Positions 59,012 to 64,000 of a DNA stretch of 64,000 bases are shown piece after piece; position 1 is the stretch's first letter, and each line of letters opens with the position of its first letter. The notes under the pieces were generated by a model. It saw nothing but the letters and a program-made list of their open reading frames with translations. It searched no databases and was not told the origin of the DNA. Made by a program: the position numbers and the translations under genes. The stretch covers positions 164,784 through 228,783 of the forward strand of contig CAWESH010000007.1 in the NCBI GenBank assembly GCA_963811675.1, written 5' to 3'. The DNA is from an uncultured Actinomycetes bacterium. Lineage in GTDB: Bacteria; Actinomycetota; Thermoleophilia; Gaiellales; JAICJC01.

Positions 59012-61131
59012 GGTCATTCGACGGCCGCGACAGCCCGGCGTTTCCTCGCCCCAGCTCGGCCCCCTCGCCGTCCCATCTCGACGCCCCCGCCGCAACCGGC
59101 CGAGTCCTGGTTAGCAGTCTGGCAGAGCTGCGTCCGCCGGTGAGCACGATCGGCGACCTGCTGGAGCATGTGCCGTTTCGCCACGACGACTTTCGCTCGG
59201 CCGGGCGCCTGGCCGACATGCGGCCGGGCGAGGAGGCCACCGTCGTGGTCACCATCGATCGCGTGCGGGCACGACCGACGCGACGGCGAAACCTGGTGAT
59301 CGTGGAGGCTGTGGTGCATGACAGCTCGGGCTCAGGAGTGGTCGTCTGGTTCAACCAGCGCTACCTGGCCAAGAACCTCAAACCCGAGATGCGGCTCTCG
59401 ATTCGCGGGGAGCGGCGATCCACGATTGACGCAGAGATCGTGGCCAAGAGCCATGAGCTGGTCGACGACGGAGCCGAGACGCTGCACACCAGCGGCCTGG
59501 TGCCGGTGTACCCGGCCAGTGAGACCGTATCGTCGCGGCGTCTGCGAACGTTGGTCTCCGAGCAGCTGCGCCATGCCGGCGATCGCCCCGATGCGCTGCC
59601 TGCCGAGATCCGCTCGGCGCGCAGGCTGCCGTTGCGCCGAGACGCGCTGGCCGCCTGTCACCAGCCCCGCACGCTGGTCGAGCATGCGCTTGGCCGTCGG
59701 CGCCTGGCATATGACGAGCTGTTCCTGCTCCAGCGGGGCCTGGTGCGCCACCGGCGGGCCGTCGAGAGCCACGTGCAGGCGCCTGCGCTGGTTGCCGGCG
59801 GCGACCTGATGGCCCGCTACATCGACGGCTTGCCGTTCGCGCTCACTGGAGCCCAGCAGAGGGCAAACGCCGCAATCGACGCGGATCTCAGCCGCACCAC
59901 ACCGATGCGGCGGCTGCTGCAGGGAGACGTCGGCTCGGGAAAGACGGCGGTGGCGGTGTATGCCCTGCTGCGTGCGGCCGATGCGGGCCGCCAAGGGGCG
60001 CTGATGGCACCCACAGAGACGCTTGCCACCCAGCACCTGGTGAACGTGTCGGAGATCTGTGGCGAGCTGGGAGTCCGGGTGGTGGGCCTGACCAACGGCA
60101 TGCCGGCGGCGGAGAGGCGTGCTGCGCTGCAGGTGATCGAGTCGGGCGAGCCGCTGCTGGTGGTGGGCACCCATGCGCTGATCCAAGACGCAGTGGTGTT
60201 TGGAGGCCTGGCGGTGGCGGTGGTCGACGAGCAGCACCGTTTCGGAGTCGAGCAGCGGGCTGCCCTGGAACGCAAGGCCGACGCCGGGGTCGCTCCGCAC
60301 GTGTTGCACATGACCGCCACCCCGATCCCCAGGACGCTGGCGATGACCGTATTCGGTGACCTTGACGTGACCGTGCTGGACGAGCTTCCGCCGGGGCGCA
60401 CTCCGGTGGTCACGCGACTGGTGCCTGAACTCCGCCGCCAGGAGGTGTTTGCCCGCATGCGCCGCCTGCTGGATGAAGGCCGCCAGGCCTACGTCGTCTG
60501 CCCGCTGGTGTCGGAATCCGACAAGCGTGAGGCGGCTGCGGCTGAGAGCGAAGCGCTCGAGCTTCGTACCGGCGAGCTGTCCGACTACCGGGTCGGGTGC
60601 ATCCACGGCCAGCTGCCGATCGCCGAGCGGCGGGCGTTGATGCAGCAGTTTCGTCAGGGCGAGATCGACGTGTTGGTGGCGACCACGGTGATCGAGGTCG
60701 GCGTCGACGTGCCCAACGCGACGGTGATGGTGGTGGAGCGCGCCGACCTGTTTGGCCTGGCCCAGTTGCATCAGCTGCGCGGTCGGGTGGGCAGGGGCTC
60801 GATCGAGAGCTTCTGCATCCTGGTGGCAGATCCCACCACCGATGACGCCCGGGCGCGGCTGGACGCGATGGTGCGCACCACCGACGGCTTCGAGCTGGCC
60901 GAGGTCGACCTCCAGCTACGCGGCGAGGGAAACGTATTGGCCGCCCGCCAGAGCGGTCTGCCCGACCTGCGCCATGCCCGGCTGCGGCGCAACCGAAAGC
61001 TCGCTGCCGGAGCCCGTCGGGATGCCGTCGCGATGCTCGATAACGGCATCGACCCCGCCACAGAGCAGCTGCTCAACGCCGAGACCGAGCGGATCTTTGG
61101 GTCGGAGGTGTCGTGGGTCGCTGAGGCATGA
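59008..61131 (+). CDS. recG: ATP-dependent DNA helicase RecG
   Basis: WFNQ, LLQGDVGSGKT, MAPTE.LA.QH, DEQHRFG, MTATPIPR, QLHQLRGRVGRG, DGF. Confidence 0.97.
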   Translation: MRSFDGRDSPAFPRPSSAPSPSHLDAPAATGRVLVSSLAELRPPVSTIGDLLEHVPFRHDDFRSAGRLADMRPGEEATVVVTIDRVRARPTRRRNLVIVEAVVHDSSGSGVVVWFNQRYLAKNLKPEMRLSIRGERRSTIDAEIVAKSHELVDDGAETLHTSGLVPVYPASETVSSRRLRTLVSEQLRHAGDRPDALPAEIRSARRLPLRRDALAACHQPRTLVEHALGRRRLAYDELFLLQRGLVRHRRAVESHVQAPALVAGGDLMARYIDGLPFALTGAQQRANAAIDADLSRTTPMRRLLQGDVGSGKTAVAVYALLRAADAGRQGALMAPTETLATQHLVNVSEICGELGVRVVGLTNGMPAAERRAALQVIESGEPLLVVGTHALIQDAVVFGGLAVAVVDEQHRFGVEQRAALERKADAGVAPHVLHMTATPIPRTLAMTVFGDLDVTVLDELPPGRTPVVTRLVPELRRQEVFARMRRLLDEGRQAYVVCPLVSESDKREAAAAESEALELRTGELSDYRVGCIHGQLPIAERRALMQQFRQGEIDVLVATTVIEVGVDVPNATVMVVERADLFGLAQLHQLRGRVGRGSIESFCILVADPTTDDARARLDAMVRTTDGFELAEVDLQLRGEGNVLAARQSGLPDLRHARLRRNRKLAAGARRDAVAMLDNGIDPATEQLLNAETERIFGSEVSWVAEA

Positions 61132-61140
61132 TCCCTCCTG

Positions 61141-61683
61141 ATGAGAATCGTTGCAGGCGAGCGCAAGGGCACACGGCTGGCGGTGCCGCGGGGAGGCGGC
61201 AGCCGTCCCACCACCGACAAGGTGCGCGAGGCGCTCTTCTCGATGTTGCACGATGTCTCCGGGGAGACCGTGCTGGATCTGTTTGCGGGCAGCGGCGCAC
61301 TGGGTCTTGAGGCGGTCTCCCGTGGCGCCCGCCATGCCGAGTTCTGTGACCGCTCGGCGGCGGCGGTGGCGGCAGTCAGGAAAAATGTCGAGCGTCTCGG
61401 CTACGGCGATCGAACGGCGGTGTCTCGCATCGATGCCCGTCGCCGGGTCGAGTCCGATCTCGCCGCCGGTCGCACCTATGACTTGATGCTCATCGACCCG
61501 CCTTATACGATGCTGAATGACTTGCAACGCCACATGTCCCTGCATTTCCCGGAAATCCTTGCTCCCGGCGGCCGCCTTGTGATCGAGAGTGCCGCTGCCG
61601 ACCTGCCCGCGCTGGCGAACCTCACGGTCGACCGCACGCGTGTCCACGGCGGTACCCGTGTCACGATTTTCAATCATGTCTGA
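61141..61683 (+). CDS. rsmD: 16S rRNA m2G966 methyltransferase
   Basis: MRIVAG, RPT.D.VREALF, LDLFAGSGALGLEA.SRG, DPPY. Confidence 0.95.
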   Translation: MRIVAGERKGTRLAVPRGGGSRPTTDKVREALFSMLHDVSGETVLDLFAGSGALGLEAVSRGARHAEFCDRSAAAVAAVRKNVERLGYGDRTAVSRIDARRRVESDLAAGRTYDLMLIDPPYTMLNDLQRHMSLHFPEILAPGGRLVIESAAADLPALANLTVDRTRVHGGTRVTIFNHV

Positions 61684-62182
61684 GCGGATCGCCGTCTGTC
61701 CCGGCACTTACGACCCGGTCACGGTGGGTCACATCGACATCATCCAGCGGGCCTGCGAGATGTTCGACAAGGTGGTGGTGGGGGTCGTGCGCCAGCCCCG
61801 GCACAAGGAAACCACAATGTTCACCGTGGACGAGCGGATAGGCTTCATCAAGGAGTCCGTGGCGGGCATCGGCAACGTTGAGGTGGAAGGCTTTGCGACG
61901 CTGGTGGTCGACTTTGCCCGGAAGCACGGTGCGCGTGCGATCGTCAAAGGGTTGCGGGCTGTGTCAGACTTCGAGTGGGAGTTCCAGATGAACAATCTCA
62001 ACCGGGGACTGGCAGGCGAGATCGAGACGCTGTATCTGATGGCTTCGCCGAAGTACAGTTTCTTGTCGTCACGTGGCGTGCGGGAGATCGCGTCGTTCGG
62101 CGGATCGGTGGATGAGTATGTGCCCGAGTCGGTGGCGCGGACGCTCGAACAGCTGTACGCAGCGGGCGGCATTCAGAAGTAG
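61676..62182 (+). CDS. coaD: phosphopantetheine adenylyltransferase
   Basis: PGTYDPVT.GH.D, KGLRAVSDFE.E, SS..VRE.A. Confidence 0.96.
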   Translation: MSERIAVCPGTYDPVTVGHIDIIQRACEMFDKVVVGVVRQPRHKETTMFTVDERIGFIKESVAGIGNVEVEGFATLVVDFARKHGARAIVKGLRAVSDFEWEFQMNNLNRGLAGEIETLYLMASPKYSFLSSRGVREIASFGGSVDEYVPESVARTLEQLYAAGGIQK

Positions 62183-62199
62183 GACCAAGGGAGATCGAA

Positions 62200-62697
62200 G
62201 TGGACGTTCTGGTACTGATTGATAAGTTGGACGAACTCGTGCTGAACGCACGCGGCGTCCCCATGAGCAACCAGGTGCGCCTCGACCGTGACGAGATCGA
62301 GGACATCATCTCCCACATGCGGGCCACCATCCCCGAGGAGATCAAGCAGGCCCGGTGGATCGTCAAGGAGCGCCAGGAGATGCTCGCAGAGGCCAAGCGC
62401 GAGGCCGAGCGGATGATCGGCGAGGCGCGCGATCACGCCGCCCGGGAGGCATCTCAGCAGGAGGTCGTCAAGCTGGCGGAGCGGCAGGCAGAGGACGTGC
62501 TGGCCGACGCCCGTCGCAAGGCCCGGGAGATGCGCCTGGGTGCCGACGACTATGCCGACTCGATCCTCGAGAACATGGAGACCAACCTGACCAAGTTCCT
62601 GTCTGCGGTGCAACGCGGTCGCGAGCAGCTGTCAGGGCGGGGCGACGACAACACCGATCCGGCCACCGCTGGGTTTGATCTCAGCCATACCCAATAG
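62200..62697 (+). CDS. conserved coiled-coil protein (SepIVA/ATP synthase b-like)
   Basis: P.EIKQARWIVKER, GADDYAD..L; conserved position between coaD and yceD. Confidence 0.75.
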   Translation: MDVLVLIDKLDELVLNARGVPMSNQVRLDRDEIEDIISHMRATIPEEIKQARWIVKERQEMLAEAKREAERMIGEARDHAAREASQQEVVKLAERQAEDVLADARRKAREMRLGADDYADSILENMETNLTKFLSAVQRGREQLSGRGDDNTDPATAGFDLSHTQ

Positions 62698-63226
62698 CGT
62701 GGCGACGGTGACCCTGCTCGACCTGCGGCGCTATCGCCTGGAGCCGGGCGAGTCCCGGGAGGTCACCGTGCCCGTCGAGTGCGACTCGGTGGTGCTGGGT
62801 GGCCTCGAGTACGCCGCCGCCCAACCCGTGGTCGACGCCCGCCTGCGGCTGCAGCCCAGCTCCGACGGTCTCTACATGCGGCTGCGGTTCAGCTGCGATC
62901 TGACCGGACCGTGTCAGCGCTGCCTGGAACCGGCAGCCGTGACGGTCACCGTCGACGCCAACGAATACCACCAGCATGAACGAGCCGGCGTGCCCGCCGA
63001 GGACGACGAGCTGGTCAGTGAGTACCTGCATGACAACGAGCTGGATCTGGCCGGGTGGGCACGCGACGCGATGGTGCTGGCGCTACCGCCCAAAATCCTG
63101 TGCCGTGACGATTGCGCCGGGCTGTGCCCAGCCTGCGGCGCTCGGCTGGACGACGACGCCGATCACGACTGCGGGGTGGACGACTCCGACCAGCGCTGGT
63201 CGAAGCTCCGCGAACTCGACCTGTAG
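62675..63226 (+). CDS. yceD: YceD/DUF177 protein (start possibly 62699)
   Basis: CQRCL, LDL...RD..VLALP...LC..DC.GLC..CG, RW..L; precedes rpmF. Confidence 0.9.
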   Translation: MISAIPNSVATVTLLDLRRYRLEPGESREVTVPVECDSVVLGGLEYAAAQPVVDARLRLQPSSDGLYMRLRFSCDLTGPCQRCLEPAAVTVTVDANEYHQHERAGVPAEDDELVSEYLHDNELDLAGWARDAMVLALPPKILCRDDCAGLCPACGARLDDDADHDCGVDDSDQRWSKLRELDL

Positions 63227-63248
63227 CGCTGTATGCTTCCCCGCTGAT

Positions 63249-63437
63249 ATGGCTGTACCCAAGAAAAAGACCTCCAAGGCTCGCCGCGACAAGCGCCGTG
63301 CGAATACGGCGATCTCGGTGCCGACCATGTCGGATTGCCCTCAGTGCCACCACACCGTGCGCCCGCACCACGCCTGCCCCAACTGCGGTCACTACCGTGG
63401 GCGCGAGGTCCTGCCACTGCGCGAGGTCGCGCCCTAA
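63249..63437 (+). CDS. rpmF: 50S ribosomal protein L32 (zinc form)
   Basis: MAVPKKKTSKARRDKRR...CPQC...PH.ACPNCG.Y.GR. Confidence 0.97.
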   Translation: MAVPKKKTSKARRDKRRANTAISVPTMSDCPQCHHTVRPHHACPNCGHYRGREVLPLREVAP

Positions 63438-63440
63438 CCC

Positions 63441-64000
63441 ATGACTGACGTCACCATCGCGCTGGACGCGATGGGCGGCGACAGCGCCCCCAACGCTACG
63501 GTCGCCGGAGCCGTTTTGGCGGCAGCCATGGGTGTCAATGTGCGCCTATGCGGACCGACTGAGGCGCTGCGCGCCGAGTTGGGCGGCGAGGTGCCGGGGA
63601 TCGAGATCGTGGAGGCTCCTGATGTGATCGACGCCCACGACGAGCCGGCCGCGGCGGTGCGGGCCAAGGAGGGGTCGTCGTTGGTGGTGGCCTGTCGTGA
63701 GGTGCGCGAGGGCCGCGCCCAGGGGGTCGTCTCGGCGGGGCCGACGGGAGCGATGATGGCGGCGGCGCTGATCCAGCTCGGTCGCATCAAGGGCATCGCG
63801 CGGCCGGGCATCGCCGTGCCACTGCCGGCTGCGGGGAATCCCTGCTTGCTGATCGATTGCGGCGCCAATCCAGAAGCCAAGCCGGAGCATCTCGCGAAGT
63901 ACGGCATCATGGGAGCCGAGTTCGCTTCAGACGTGCTGGGCGTCGACCGCCCCAGAGTGGGCTTGCTGTCGATCGGCGAGGAGGCGTCGAAGGGCACCGC
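63441..64000 (+). CDS. plsX: phosphate acyltransferase PlsX (runs off window end)
   Basis: IALDAMGGD.AP, SS, VSAG.TGA, I.GI.RP, D.GAN, P.VGLL.IG.E..KG. Confidence 0.95.
   Translation, partial: MTDVTIALDAMGGDSAPNATVAGAVLAAAMGVNVRLCGPTEALRAELGGEVPGIEIVEAPDVIDAHDEPAAAVRAKEGSSLVVACREVREGRAQGVVSAGPTGAMMAAALIQLGRIKGIARPGIAVPLPAAGNPCLLIDCGANPEAKPEHLAKYGIMGAEFASDVLGVDRPRVGLLSIGEEASKGT

Overview
High-GC bacterial chromosome segment of about 70 genes, almost all housekeeping. The Firmicute-like gene order in a high-GC genome, with many apparently leaderless genes, suggests (inference) a deep-branching actinobacterium such as Thermoleophilia/Gaiellales. Order: hisD-ridA-cca-pgeF-yggS-sepF-proC-yggT-divIVA-dksA-lspA-rluD; rpsB-tsf-pyrH-frr-uppS-cdsA-dxr-rseP-ispG; dnaE; scpAB-rluB; a minus-strand surface-polysaccharide island (sulfotransferase, two GT4, CDP-alcohol phosphotransferase, sulfatase-like, Wzc-like, Wzy-like); trpS; aro-cmk-der-gpsA-metK-priA-def-fmt; a PAS-GGDEF-EAL gene; rpe-rib operon; pdxH; rpmB; fakA/B-recG-rsmD-coaD-yceD-rpmF-plsX. 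Many single-base frameshifts, including in essential genes, look like sequencing indels. The most unusual signal is a family of AT-rich ~30-35 bp palindromes (GTGAATAA-x-GGTGCC-W-GGCACC-x-TTATTCAC) at two loci. They supply the stop codons of three genes, and at 48938-49193 they bracket a 74-bp copy of the neighbouring gene's 3' end that differs only at synonymous sites. No tRNA, rRNA, CRISPR array, transposase or integrase was recognised.
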